Origin: Candidatus Bruticola sp.
GTDB taxonomy: Bacteria; Vulcanimicrobiota; Xenobia; Xenobiales; Xenobiaceae
Direction of reading: 5' to 3'
Assembly: GCA_051874735.1 (NCBI GenBank)
Contig: JBJEGD010000002.1
Coordinates: 32,001 to 96,000 of the forward strand
Length of the DNA: 64,000 bases
Shown: positions 49,157-60,872 of the stretch, piece after piece
Numbering within the stretch: the first letter of the stretch is position 1
Layout of the letters: each line of letters begins with the position of its first letter
Position numbers and translations under genes: made by a program
The notes under the pieces: generated by a model
Database searches by the model: none
Seen by the model: the letters and a program-made list of their open reading frames with translations, nothing else
What the model was told of the DNA's origin: nothing

Positions 49157-49690
49157 TTATTTTTCAGCAACTTCCGGAAGCTGAACTTCAGGATACATAT
49201 TAGCTAGTTCTACTTTATCTTCGTGAATTTTATTTTCGTAATCGGCAGCTTTTTGGGAGAGTTCCTGAGAGTTTTTCTGCAACTCAGACCAGGCTTCTGC
49301 ATCTAGAGGCTGATCGGGACGGTAATTTGTTAAGAACTTGCTAAAAGCCTTGCAATGTTCCAAACGGTTGGTAAGAGCCCCCTTATAATGCAGACTTATG
49401 TTTTTGCAAGACTGAGGACAATCAGTTTTGCTCATAAAGTCGAGCGTTTCTTGCAAGCGCTTAGCCTGATTTTGCAAAACAGAGGCCAATTCTTGACACT
49501 GTTCAGCACTCAGTTCCGCACCTGCTTTAGAAGTTAATCTGCTAATCTCGTAAGCATCAGCTTCTATTCTGCGCTCATAGATAATCATTTGGGAGACGTA
49601 TAAATTAGCAGTTTGCCCTTCAGACATACCACAAGCCCAGCAGGACAAAGCTACCGCGCCTAATGCCAACCAAACTTTGAAGTTCTTCAT
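49157..49690 (-). CDS. Helical lipoprotein, unknown function
   Basis: Signal peptide ending in CWAC. Confidence 0.75.
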   Translation of the reverse strand: MKNFKVWLALGAVALSCWACGMSEGQTANLYVSQMIIYERRIEADAYEISRLTSKAGAELSAEQCQELASVLQNQAKRLQETLDFMSKTDCPQSCKNISLHYKGALTNRLEHCKAFSKFLTNYRPDQPLDAEAWSELQKNSQELSQKAADYENKIHEDKVELANMYPEVQLPEVAEK

Positions 49691-49867
49691 AATAAAAAAA
49701 GCCTAATAAATTTCATGAGTAAACGCTCTTTAAAAACTCAGCGAATCTGAGTACAGAGAGCGAACGGACGTTAGCTTCTAGAAAAATTAAACTAAAGCCT
49801 TTTTTTGCTTTAATTACCCTTTTGCATATGTAGAAAAAAAGGACGATTAATTATATTCAATAGCGCA

Positions 49868-49909
49868 AATAAAAAGGTGCGAGAGAAAGCGCAGCCCTCT
49901 CTCGCACCT
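49868..49909 (-). terminator. groESL terminator
   Basis: aggtgcgagag / ctctcgcacct with A-tract on the left. Confidence 0.8.
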
Positions 49910-49999
49910 CTCATATGAGCAGGCAGAACCGGCATAGTCCAAATTTATCTAGAACTCGCTTCTCCCCCCCCTAACCGTCCGACCACTCATATATCGAAT

Positions 50000-51739
<1,740 letters not shown>

Positions 51740-51896
51740 TTAAAACTGACAGAGCTAGCTATTTTCCGTCCTACCTCCCCCCCACTATAGAACTCAACTA
51801 TAAACTTTCGTCAGCTAATCGGCCGAACTAATTCTCCCCCTGAATTTTTCACGGCCACCTTCAGTTTAGCCGACGCACTTAGCAGCTCTTAAACTT

Positions 51897-52190
51897 TTAG
51901 GCAAAAATGCCCATAATTTCGCGCTGGTCTACAATTACGTACTCTTCACCGTCGAGTTTAATTTCGGTACCGGAGTATTTACCCAGCAAAACGATTTGGC
52001 CGACTTCCACATCCATATGGTTGCGCTTGCCGTTATCAAGAAGCTTACCGGAGCCCACGGCCATAACTTCGCATTTCATTGGCTTTTCCTGAGCGCTTTC
52101 AGGAATGTAGATGCCGCCAGCAGTTTTCTGCTCAGAAGCAAGGCGCTTCACCACAACGCGATCACCTAACGGTTTAATAGTCAAAGCCAT
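51897..52190 (-). CDS. groES: Co-chaperonin GroES
   Basis: IKPLGDRVVV, TAGGIYIP, KYSGTE; GGAGG before ATG 52190. Confidence 0.98.
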   Translation of the reverse strand: MALTIKPLGDRVVVKRLASEQKTAGGIYIPESAQEKPMKCEVMAVGSGKLLDNGKRNHMDVEVGQIVLLGKYSGTEIKLDGEEYVIVDQREIMGIFA

Positions 52191-52436
52191 TTTCAACCTC
52201 CAAAAAGTCTGTACCCGCTCCTTTAACTTAGTAGGGCCAAGAAGAGAGCCGACTTTACTATATTCACTAAAGGCCCTTGCTTTCATAGGGCCATAAATCT
52301 TTCGAACGACGAGTTATTACGAACCCCACAGGGCCTTCCCCTGCCAAAAAAATTAGCCTATCTGTTAGATATATATTAGATTTTACCTAGAGACACATGT
52401 ACCGGAAAGTTCCTTATTTGGTTGTGTAATACAAGG

Positions 52437-53984
52437 CTACAAGTGATACAATTCGGTATACTTGCGCTCGAGGTAATCCACAAAAGGTGCAGCTTCTAAC
52501 TCTTTACCCAGCGCCCGTTTAAGTAATTCAGCTGGATATAAACGCTGACCATATACGTAAATATGATCATGCAACCACTGGCGGATCAGCCCTAACTTTC
52601 CACAGCGCAGAATCTCATCAGTATCTCCCAAGTCGAGCTTTAAAGCCTGCCAAGTTTGCGCTCCAATAAGATTACCCAAGGCATAAGCGGGGAAATATCC
52701 AAACAATCCTGAGGACCAATGTACATCCTGCAGGCAACCTTCACTGTCGGTAAACGGCACGATTCCCAAATAATCCGACATAGCGCTATTCCATGCTTCA
52801 GGCAAATCTTTGGCTTTTAAGCTTCCTTCAATCAAAGCCTTTTCTAATTCAAAACGCAGCATAACATGTAAGCTGTAAGTGACTTCATCGGCTTCAGTAC
52901 GAATAAAAGAAGGAGTTACACAGTTGATGGCTTGGTAAAATTCATCGAGATTTGTTCCGGAAGTCTGGGCGGGGAAATAGGCCTGGAAAATTGGGAAATA
53001 GTACTCCCAAAAAGCGCGACTGCGGCCGATAATATTTTCCCAAAGACGAGATTCACTCTCATGGACAGCCATGCTAGCTCCCCCTTCGAGAGGGGTATGA
53101 GTCCATTCTGCTGGTGAGCCCTGCTCATACAAAGCGTGGCCTGTTTCGTGTAAAGCTGTAAATAAAGCTTTCGTTACAACATTTTCACTAAAATTGTTAG
53201 TTACACGCACATCGCGAGTAGAAAAAGAGCAGCAGAAAGGATGAATAACCTCATCGACTTTGCCGCGCGTCCAGTCGTAGCCCATATCGCACATCAAACG
53301 ATGACAGAAGCGGCGCTGCATATCTACAGGATATAAGCGGTTGACTATCCCCATCTTAGGCGGATCGGCTTGGGCAATGCGTTTTACCAAGCTGATCAGA
53401 TGGCCACGCAATTCCCCAAAGACCCGGCTAACTTGAGAGGCGGTAAGCCCCGGTTCATAGATATCGAGCAAAGCATCGTAAGGGTGTTCTGCTCCCCCTA
53501 GAGCCTCAGCTTTGGCGCGGCATAATTCTATAACTCTCTCTAAAGGACCGCAGAAAGAATCAAAATCGTTATTCTGCCTAGCTTTCATCCAGGCACTTTG
53601 AGCCTTAGAGCAGGCCGCAGTCAGCTCTGCAGCTACCGATGCAGGCACCTTAGTATCTTTATCGGCACTCCGTCTAAGTCGACGCAATAAATCAGCCTTC
53701 ACACTAAAATTAGACAAACTGTAAGGAGACGTCTCCAGCTGAGCCTCTCCCTGTCTTTTTTCTTCCTCAAACTCTGCCTCAGCTTCATGAAGAGCCGTAA
53801 GATATTCTGCAGAAACTGAAAGTTTATGGGCTAATTCGGACACGACAGCCATTTGCTCAGCTCTGGCCTCATCTGCGCCAACAGGCATGCCCGTTTCTAA
53901 ATCCCAGGTTAACAGCTCTAAAATTTCATTTAAGCAGTTAATTTCTTTAACTTTTTTCAGTAAACTTTCGTATGCCTTACCCAT
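52437..53984 (-). CDS. Carboxypeptidase M32 (Taq family)
   Basis: HPF, HETGH, HESESR, IRTEADE, QDVHW, GYFP.Y. Confidence 0.95.
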   Translation of the reverse strand: MGKAYESLLKKVKEINCLNEILELLTWDLETGMPVGADEARAEQMAVVSELAHKLSVSAEYLTALHEAEAEFEEEKRQGEAQLETSPYSLSNFSVKADLLRRLRRSADKDTKVPASVAAELTAACSKAQSAWMKARQNNDFDSFCGPLERVIELCRAKAEALGGAEHPYDALLDIYEPGLTASQVSRVFGELRGHLISLVKRIAQADPPKMGIVNRLYPVDMQRRFCHRLMCDMGYDWTRGKVDEVIHPFCCSFSTRDVRVTNNFSENVVTKALFTALHETGHALYEQGSPAEWTHTPLEGGASMAVHESESRLWENIIGRSRAFWEYYFPIFQAYFPAQTSGTNLDEFYQAINCVTPSFIRTEADEVTYSLHVMLRFELEKALIEGSLKAKDLPEAWNSAMSDYLGIVPFTDSEGCLQDVHWSSGLFGYFPAYALGNLIGAQTWQALKLDLGDTDEILRCGKLGLIRQWLHDHIYVYGQRLYPAELLKRALGKELEAAPFVDYLERKYTELYHL

Positions 53985-54212
53985 AATTGTATCCTCTCTG
54001 TAGCAGCCTGATACCAGCCAGCTTAATTGCCGCTTATTCTGTAAAGCTCAGCTCTACGCCTTAATTTAATCACAGCTTAGATGCAGAAAAAGCTGTTCAT
54101 GAAGCGGAAGTACGACTAGAATTTTTACCCACAGTCCCCCCGTCTTGCCTCCTTTGTGGTGAGTTTTTCTGCTTTCTGCTAGTTATTACGCCTAAATCAT
54201 TACTAAAAATTA

Positions 54213-56531
54213 TTATTTTTGCCTTCTTTTAATAGAATCAGACGGCAGCAAAAGAGGGAATTGCCCCAAAAGAGCTTCCAACTTACTGATATAGTAAGCT
54301 GTATTCTCATCGGGATTATCTTTACAATAGAGCTTCAGCTCCTTGGCATTTTCAAAAATACGCACGTTCTTTTTAGTTCCGGTAATATAATACTGCACCG
54401 CTTGGCCAGCTCCGAAGCTATGGGCCGATTTTAAAGCTACTTCATAGGCGGCAGCCCGATTGCGGCTGCTCTTGGCAATTTTTTTCAAATAATTTTCCAA
54501 AGAATCGTTGAGGATTTCCGTTTTACTAAGTAAGTTGATAGAGATTTCATGATGGCAGATTTTATCTTTTAAGCAGTTAATATAATCGGAAGCCTCGCCT
54601 TCACGTCCCTGCAGTACCAAACCTACCACATGCTGCAAAGCTAAACGCAGGTAAGGTTCACGAGCGCGGGAGCGAAAAGTGGCGCCGCTAAATGAAAATT
54701 TCCCTTTTTCATCTAAAAGTACGTAATTCTTAGTAGTATGCGAGTACATCGAAGGATAAAAGCCGTCTAGTTCTACGTTAATTCCTTCAGGGAGGTTCTC
54801 ATTTACTAACTGAGCAATACGGCCGCGGTAGTTTTCAGAATTGTCCTCCTCATTGGGAGGAGCCTGAAAATATACTCCGTCAGTATCATATTCAATAACT
54901 CGGCAATTCATCGATGTCAGCTGCTTAATAATGTCTGATAGAATCTCCCTTCCCAATCCAGTCACTCGGGCAGCCATAGCAAAATCGGCAAAGTTGCCTT
55001 GTGAAAAACCTAAATAACCATAAAAAGAATTAATCAATATTTTGAAAATACTCTGCAAAGCATCATAAAAACGAACTCGCTCCAGATCAGAATCGGCTCT
55101 TTCTCTTTCTAAACGCATCAGCTTTTTAGCTTGCAGCCTGAAACTCCTCAGCTTGGCCAATAAGTTCAAAAATAAACCCAGCTCATCAGTTTGTGGTCCT
55201 AACCTGTAACTTAGCATTATAGACGGGTAAAGAGACTGCACATCACAGTGGTAAACATTGTGTACTATACCTTCCACTTCCTGACCGGCAGCAGCTCCAG
55301 TATACTCGCAAGCCATCGGCTTATCAGGGATACTGACGCCGCAGTTTAAATAATGGCGCAAAAACAGACTGTTAATTTTGGTGGCGGTACCGCGCAGAAT
55401 AGTATTTTGCAGCGAATAGGGAAAAAATTGCGCCTGCAAGTAGAAAGGATACAACAGCGCACCGCTAACGCGTTCTAAAATTTCACCTCTGAAAGCAGCC
55501 TGCTCGGCGTCTGAAGTGAAACTCAAATTTTCTTCTCCCAGGACTCCTAACGATTGAGCAGTTTCCGCTAATGAAAAAGTTTCCAATTCTCGGAAAGTTA
55601 CATCGCGCAGACGAGCCAACATAAGCGTATCAACTAATTCACGCCCCCACAGCTCCCAATAAATATAATCGTATCGTTTACCAGCGATAGTAGTGTAAGT
55701 TTTGCGCCCTTTAGGTTCTTCGTGCACTCCCTTAGGCAGCTTCCTCGAAGAATTTTGGCCTTTGTTTCCAGGGAAATCGCGGCCTAACATTAGCTTAACC
55801 TTACAAGCTTTAGCTCTGGCCTGCAAATAGGGAAGAATCTCATCGTATAGACCGTGGCCTTCGATAATATCTGGGTTCCAGGCCTTTACCGTAGCAGTAA
55901 AATCTTGCAGTAAGGCGGACTCATTTTGACAATAATCAGTTAAATTCAAAATTTTTTCTTGACCGCTAGATAAACGCAAGCATATGGAACTTATCGGTTT
56001 CTCTGTGAACAGATGCAAATTTTCACAGCCTTCGCCAGTAACGCATACAGTTATGCCCACACGTAGAGCTTCATTAAAAGGTAAACCGTTAAAAAGACAG
56101 AAGCCGACTTTAGTCAAATACAAGTTTGTTAAATCGCTGCTAAAAATTTGCGCTGCATTGCCTAAATTTTTTTTAATTTCTTTGCTCAGAAGGGAAAGTT
56201 CCTCAAAATTATTGGCAGAAACGATGCTGTTAAAGTATCCGTTCCCTTGAAGTTTTACACTATCGTAAGACCCGAACTCACTAAATTTTATTACCTCATT
56301 CCAATTAGTATAATGAAGCCATAAATAAGGACGGAAAGGCTCCGCGGTTACCTTAATAGGCTCGCTTTCATACAGAGGATCGTCGAGCTGACGCCGCTGC
56401 CAAATGTAAGCTTCACCACCTGCTGACGCAGCGCACACAACCCGCGAACGCGGATAGGCCCCCCAAAGTTCAGGACAGCTGCCGTCAGTTAGAATGTTCA
56501 CTGAAGAAATGCGCATCTGATCCGCTTTCAT
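54213..56531 (-). CDS. polB: Family B DNA polymerase with degenerate 3'-5' exonuclease domain
   Basis: DVQSLYPS, KILINSFYG, YDTDG, KNY. Confidence 0.92.
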   Translation of the reverse strand: MKADQMRISSVNILTDGSCPELWGAYPRSRVVCAASAGGEAYIWQRRQLDDPLYESEPIKVTAEPFRPYLWLHYTNWNEVIKFSEFGSYDSVKLQGNGYFNSIVSANNFEELSLLSKEIKKNLGNAAQIFSSDLTNLYLTKVGFCLFNGLPFNEALRVGITVCVTGEGCENLHLFTEKPISSICLRLSSGQEKILNLTDYCQNESALLQDFTATVKAWNPDIIEGHGLYDEILPYLQARAKACKVKLMLGRDFPGNKGQNSSRKLPKGVHEEPKGRKTYTTIAGKRYDYIYWELWGRELVDTLMLARLRDVTFRELETFSLAETAQSLGVLGEENLSFTSDAEQAAFRGEILERVSGALLYPFYLQAQFFPYSLQNTILRGTATKINSLFLRHYLNCGVSIPDKPMACEYTGAAAGQEVEGIVHNVYHCDVQSLYPSIMLSYRLGPQTDELGLFLNLLAKLRSFRLQAKKLMRLERERADSDLERVRFYDALQSIFKILINSFYGYLGFSQGNFADFAMAARVTGLGREILSDIIKQLTSMNCRVIEYDTDGVYFQAPPNEEDNSENYRGRIAQLVNENLPEGINVELDGFYPSMYSHTTKNYVLLDEKGKFSFSGATFRSRAREPYLRLALQHVVGLVLQGREGEASDYINCLKDKICHHEISINLLSKTEILNDSLENYLKKIAKSSRNRAAAYEVALKSAHSFGAGQAVQYYITGTKKNVRIFENAKELKLYCKDNPDENTAYYISKLEALLGQFPLLLPSDSIKRRQK

Positions 56532-56553
56532 TTTTGTACCTCACGTATTAGGC

Positions 56554-56756
56554 TGCAAATTATTTTGAGTATCCGGACCATAGGACGTCCGAAGGGGAAA
56601 GAAACAAAAACTAAGAATAAGCACGGGGTATTCTATAAAGGAAGGCGATTGCTCCCCCTGCTTGCCGACAATTTGAAGGCTTAAAGAAATTGCGTGTTTT
56701 TCTTCTTAACAGGTCCCGGAGTGGATAAAAAATTCTTTCTAAAAATTAAATTTGCA
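56554..56756. ncRNA. Candidate rod-shaped structured RNA with central bubble (6S-like architecture)
   Basis: Nested pairs tgcaaat/atttgca, tccggacc/ggtcccgga, gaag..gaaac/gtttttcttc and aagcacgggg/ccccctgctt. Manual fold only. Confidence 0.3.
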
Positions 56757-56856
56757 AATATTTTTCTGCCAATCTATCCAAATCTCTTTCAGCTCCATAT
56801 TCCGTCTGTTTTAATTTACATACCTACAAAAGAATAAAAGGGAGGTACGCTCCAAC

Positions 56857-57810
56857 ATGTCAAGCACTTCTAAACTTTCTCTTACTCTTTGCAGTGCGGC
56901 CTTATTGTTCAGCTTATCCGCTCCAGCTATAGCTGATCCATCTGATATCAGCGGTATGGCCAATTTAAACCAGAATTCCTTAGTGACGGTGTCCGATGTT
57001 AAGGCGAAATCTGAAAAACCGCGCCTGCACATATTGCAGGTCAAAGATGACAAAGGAGTAAAATTTCAGCCCATTGAAGTACTGGCTTGGGATATAAATG
57101 GCGACAATTCTGTACAAAAAGCCAGCGATTTAGAAGCCATATGTCAAGTTCCCGGACGTCCCTATCACTTTTATGCTTTTGAAAGCGGTTATTGGAAGGG
57201 AGGAGCCGGCAGAGCCTTCGAGTTGGAAATAGGTCACGATCCATACGTAGGATGGATGGCCAGAGTCGTCAATGTTTTCCATCCTTTTCCTGAACCGGAG
57301 GACGGTACCACAGCAGACCACTTACAGATAGAGGGCTGTGCGGCCCTACAGGATGGTCAACAGAACACTTATATTTTCCTCGGCCTGCGCGGTGACTCAG
57401 ATCATCCAGGACAATTAGTTGTCAAACGCTTAGAAGGCGATGTTTTAACTGAAATTGAGCGCAAAGATATCGATCTCCGCTCTTTCTTCAAAGGCGGCCG
57501 CAGCTGCTCAGACTTAAACCTGCAGCCTATGGGCGTAAACAAATTCCGCGTTCTCAGTGTAGGCACGATTGATAAGGGAGACTTAGGCCCCTTCGATTCC
57601 GTTATCTGCGAAGTGGGCACTATCGAATTGCAAAATAAAGGCTATAAACTTTCTATGCACAATAAACCCATAGACAAATACCGCTTCAGCGGCCTGAAAG
57701 TTGAGTCTCTTTGCGGTTACTTTGGTGAAAACGCTAATCTTTGCATAGGAACAGACGACGAAGCTTATCAAGTGGTATTCCGTCCCCTTCCGCGTATAGA
57801 ATTGAAATAA
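56857..57810 (+). CDS. Secreted hypothetical protein (possible beta-propeller/phytase-like)
   Basis: Signal peptide ending AIA; repeated DLEAI, QIEG, KVESL and GTDDE motifs; GGAGG RBS. Confidence 0.7.
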   Translation: MSSTSKLSLTLCSAALLFSLSAPAIADPSDISGMANLNQNSLVTVSDVKAKSEKPRLHILQVKDDKGVKFQPIEVLAWDINGDNSVQKASDLEAICQVPGRPYHFYAFESGYWKGGAGRAFELEIGHDPYVGWMARVVNVFHPFPEPEDGTTADHLQIEGCAALQDGQQNTYIFLGLRGDSDHPGQLVVKRLEGDVLTEIERKDIDLRSFFKGGRSCSDLNLQPMGVNKFRVLSVGTIDKGDLGPFDSVICEVGTIELQNKGYKLSMHNKPIDKYRFSGLKVESLCGYFGENANLCIGTDDEAYQVVFRPLPRIELK

Positions 57811-57960
57811 AATCAATAATAGAGTTCTATTTACCAGCCCTCAGATGTATAACTCCGAGGGATTTTCTACAGCGGCTTGTATTCAACAAGCACTTTGTTG
57901 GAGCGGCCCAAGTGCCGCTCATTTGCTGTTAATATCAGCTAGAAAGGCGATAAACTTCAT

Positions 57961-59598
57961 ATGAAACTGTTCATCGCACAAATAAATCCTACTGTCGGCA
58001 ACCTCAAAGAAAACAGCTCCAAAATTATGGAGGCGATCTCCAGAGCTAAAGCGGCCGGAGCGTCGCTAGCCGTTTTCCCTCAAATGGCTCTGACGGGATA
58101 TCCTCCCCAAGATCTACTTTGTAATACCTCTTTTATCCAAGCGATCTGCGAATATTCCCGCCAAATAGGTGCTGTTTGCGAAGGCATAAGCGTTATAATC
58201 GGCTCGCCTCTCCCCCAGCAAACTGAACAAGATCTATCTCTTTACAACGGTTCTCTGTTCTTCACCGGAGAAACTGGCGCTTCGCCCCAACTTCTTAAGT
58301 CAACCGTTTTGCGCGATCATTCTTGGTTCAATGCTTCCAACTATTTTGAAAACGGAGAGGATATACCAGTTATCAAAGATCACCAAAACTTTACAATTAT
58401 TCTGTCTACAGATGATGAATGCTTAGACGAAGATTTTGGCCTTTTTGTTGAAACAACAAAAAAAGATACAGCCAAGCCGATAATGATTGTCAATCTGGCC
58501 GCTCGTCCTTTTGAAACAGGTCTGTGGCAACGCCATATAACTTGTCTGAAGCATCAAGCTCAAAAGTTAGGAGCCTATATTTTAGAGGCCAATTTAATCG
58601 GCGGCCAAGATCAAATTATATTAGAGGGTGGATCTGTATTAATCTCTCCGCAGGGAGAGCTGATAAATCAGGCGCCACGTTTCCAAGAGTATACAGCCGT
58701 TTGGGATACTGACGCAGAGCCATGCCAACAGCCTGCTTCAGACAACTTATGGAGCGAAGAATCGGAACAGATAGAGGCTATCTGTTTGGGGATGGGCGAT
58801 TATATGCGCAAAAACGGATTTACCGATGTAGTTTTAGGCATTTCTGGAGGTATTGACTCCGCTCTGTGCGCGGCCTTAGCAGTGAGAACGTTAGGTTCGG
58901 AACATGTCCATGGCATCTATATGCCTAGTTGCTACAGCACTGACATCAGTCAAGAAGAGGGAGCCAAACTCTGCCGCAGCCTCAATATAGATCTTCAGCT
59001 TCTGCCTATTGAAGGTCCTAGATCGGCTTTTACTGAGTTATTAGCGCCTGTATTTGCCGACCGTCCATTCGATATAACTGAAGAGAATATTCAAGCTCGC
59101 ATCAGAGCCATTTTAGTTATGGCACTTTCTAATAAATTTGGGTGGTTGGCTATCTGTACCGGCAACAAAGCTGAAGAAGCTGTAGGTTACTCTACTATGT
59201 ATGGAGATGGTGCTGGGGGTATAGCTCCCATTATGGATCTTTATAAACATCAAGTTAGGGCTCTCTGCCGCTGTTTAAATAAAGATGGAGAAATCATTCC
59301 CGATTTAATTATTACCCGTCCACCTTCCGCCGAATTGCACGAGGGACAGAAAGATTCCGACAGTCTTCCCGACTACGATATTTTAGACAAACTTCTGCAA
59401 GCTTACTTAGAAGAGGGCAAAACTAAAGCGGAACTTGTTGCTTCCGGTTTTGCCTCTGAAATGGTGGATAAAGTTGTCCGCCTGACCGAAAGAAGCGAAT
59501 TCAAACGGCGACAAGGTCCCATTGGTCTTAAGCTTTCTCCTATGCTGTTAGGTCTCGATCGCTGTATGCCTATTACTAAGGGGATTAACAATCTGTAA
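57961..59598 (+). CDS. nadE: NAD+ synthetase, two-domain type, glutaminase triad degenerate
   Basis: AQINPTVG; SGGIDS, ENIQARIR, TGNK.E, PPSAEL...QKDSDSLPDY. Confidence 0.95.
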   Translation: MKLFIAQINPTVGNLKENSSKIMEAISRAKAAGASLAVFPQMALTGYPPQDLLCNTSFIQAICEYSRQIGAVCEGISVIIGSPLPQQTEQDLSLYNGSLFFTGETGASPQLLKSTVLRDHSWFNASNYFENGEDIPVIKDHQNFTIILSTDDECLDEDFGLFVETTKKDTAKPIMIVNLAARPFETGLWQRHITCLKHQAQKLGAYILEANLIGGQDQIILEGGSVLISPQGELINQAPRFQEYTAVWDTDAEPCQQPASDNLWSEESEQIEAICLGMGDYMRKNGFTDVVLGISGGIDSALCAALAVRTLGSEHVHGIYMPSCYSTDISQEEGAKLCRSLNIDLQLLPIEGPRSAFTELLAPVFADRPFDITEENIQARIRAILVMALSNKFGWLAICTGNKAEEAVGYSTMYGDGAGGIAPIMDLYKHQVRALCRCLNKDGEIIPDLIITRPPSAELHEGQKDSDSLPDYDILDKLLQAYLEEGKTKAELVASGFASEMVDKVVRLTERSEFKRRQGPIGLKLSPMLLGLDRCMPITKGINNL

Positions 59599-59620
59599 TT
59601 TTACTGTGTACTAACATGTT

Positions 59621-59662
59621 AGGCGGGCCGACAACTTCAGCAAGTTGCCGGTTCGCTTATTT
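59621..59662 (+). terminator. nadE terminator
   Basis: aggcgggccg.caactt / aagttg.cggttcgctt followed by ATTT. Confidence 0.65.
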
Positions 59663-59733
59663 AGTTAAAAGATTTTGTCATAAAACTTTTTTAACTCTTG
59701 AATTCAGCAAGTTCATTGTGAGAATATCTTTGT

Positions 59734-60744
59734 ATGGGAATGGAAATTCGCGGTCCTAATTTAGGTACATACGATGCAGGCTATCTGCAAGCTGTCCAAC
59801 GGGAGATGGCTCGCAGCGTCAAATCCAACATTTTAAAAGAAGTTGGCGACATCGAAGACCAGGTAGCCTTAGCTCTGCAAGGCAATCTGGAAGACATAGT
59901 AACCCTGTCGCCCGAAGCCAAAGCTTATCTAAAAAAACTGCGCAAAAAGCTTTTAGAGCACAGGGGGCTAGATCTTATAGGTGAGGAAGATGATGAGGAG
60001 GAGGCATCTCCAGAGCAAGATTTTAACGGTTTGCTCAACGATCTTGACTCTTTCCGAAAAAGTAAATCGGAACAAGAAGGGCAGAAAAGTCCCAAAAACT
60101 TAATATTCCCTTCAACTATACAACTTTCTGGATTTATTCCTCAAGCCCGTCCCCCTGTACGAAGGCGAGTATATTCAGCAGTGCGCGAAAATATCAACCG
60201 CATGATTTATTATGCTCCCGACGACAGTTCCCGCAGCAAAGTCCAAGACGAACTGGAACCGATGGGTTCAAAAATTATCTCGCAGGTTAAGTCTTTTGGA
60301 GCTCACATAATTGTTCTCGATCGACGTCAGGCTTTAACTCAATTAAAAATTAAAGGTATGTATGTTGTAGCTCCATCGGAAAAGACTTTCGACGGCCGCT
60401 TCTGGTCAGAAGTCCGTGGCCTTTACGACTCTTCCCGGCGCCTGCTGGTTATAGGCGAGGAGCAACTGGGACAGCCCAATCACTCGGTAGCCCGCCACGA
60501 GTTTGCTCATGCTTACGACAACGCTTTCAGTGAAGGTCACGGTCGTCGGCTTCCTCTGTCTGTGCAGTTATGGAATCGCTTTCGCCACACGCGCACCGGA
60601 TTGGTGTCTAATTATGCGGCAACCAATCCAGCCGAATATTTCGCAGAAACTGTTGAGGCCTTTTTCCAACCATCTCTAAAACCATTAGTTGAACAGCGTG
60701 ATCCAGAGATGTACGCCTACTTGGAAGATCTTTTTAATGCTTAA
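59734..60744 (+). CDS. Anthrax-lethal-factor-like (ATLF/M34-type) zinc metallopeptidase domain protein
   Basis: W..VRGLY, HEFAH (60496), YAATNPAEYFAE..EAFF, PEMYAYL. Confidence 0.85.
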   Translation: MGMEIRGPNLGTYDAGYLQAVQREMARSVKSNILKEVGDIEDQVALALQGNLEDIVTLSPEAKAYLKKLRKKLLEHRGLDLIGEEDDEEEASPEQDFNGLLNDLDSFRKSKSEQEGQKSPKNLIFPSTIQLSGFIPQARPPVRRRVYSAVRENINRMIYYAPDDSSRSKVQDELEPMGSKIISQVKSFGAHIIVLDRRQALTQLKIKGMYVVAPSEKTFDGRFWSEVRGLYDSSRRLLVIGEEQLGQPNHSVARHEFAHAYDNAFSEGHGRRLPLSVQLWNRFRHTRTGLVSNYAATNPAEYFAETVEAFFQPSLKPLVEQRDPEMYAYLEDLFNA

Positions 60745-60872
60745 TAAAGAGTTTTAGAGTGAGAAGGGCTTTGCCATCTAAAAGGAAAAAGCGCTCCTGC
60801 CGCTGTAACTACTACTTAAATCGAAAACAAATAACAATTTTTACTCATTATGTCAGGATTATTCCAGAGCTT

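Noticed and set aside
51755-51815. CTGACGA...GAAA on the minus strand as a hammerhead ribozyme
   Set aside because: Stem II and the cleavage-site stem cannot be formed properly.
52190-52436. CIRCE operator upstream of groES
   Set aside because: No adequate match to TTAGCACTC-N9-GAGTGCTAA.
54213-56531. polB as a pipolin, casposon or prophage marker
   Set aside because: No integrase, att sites or phage genes; flanked by housekeeping genes.
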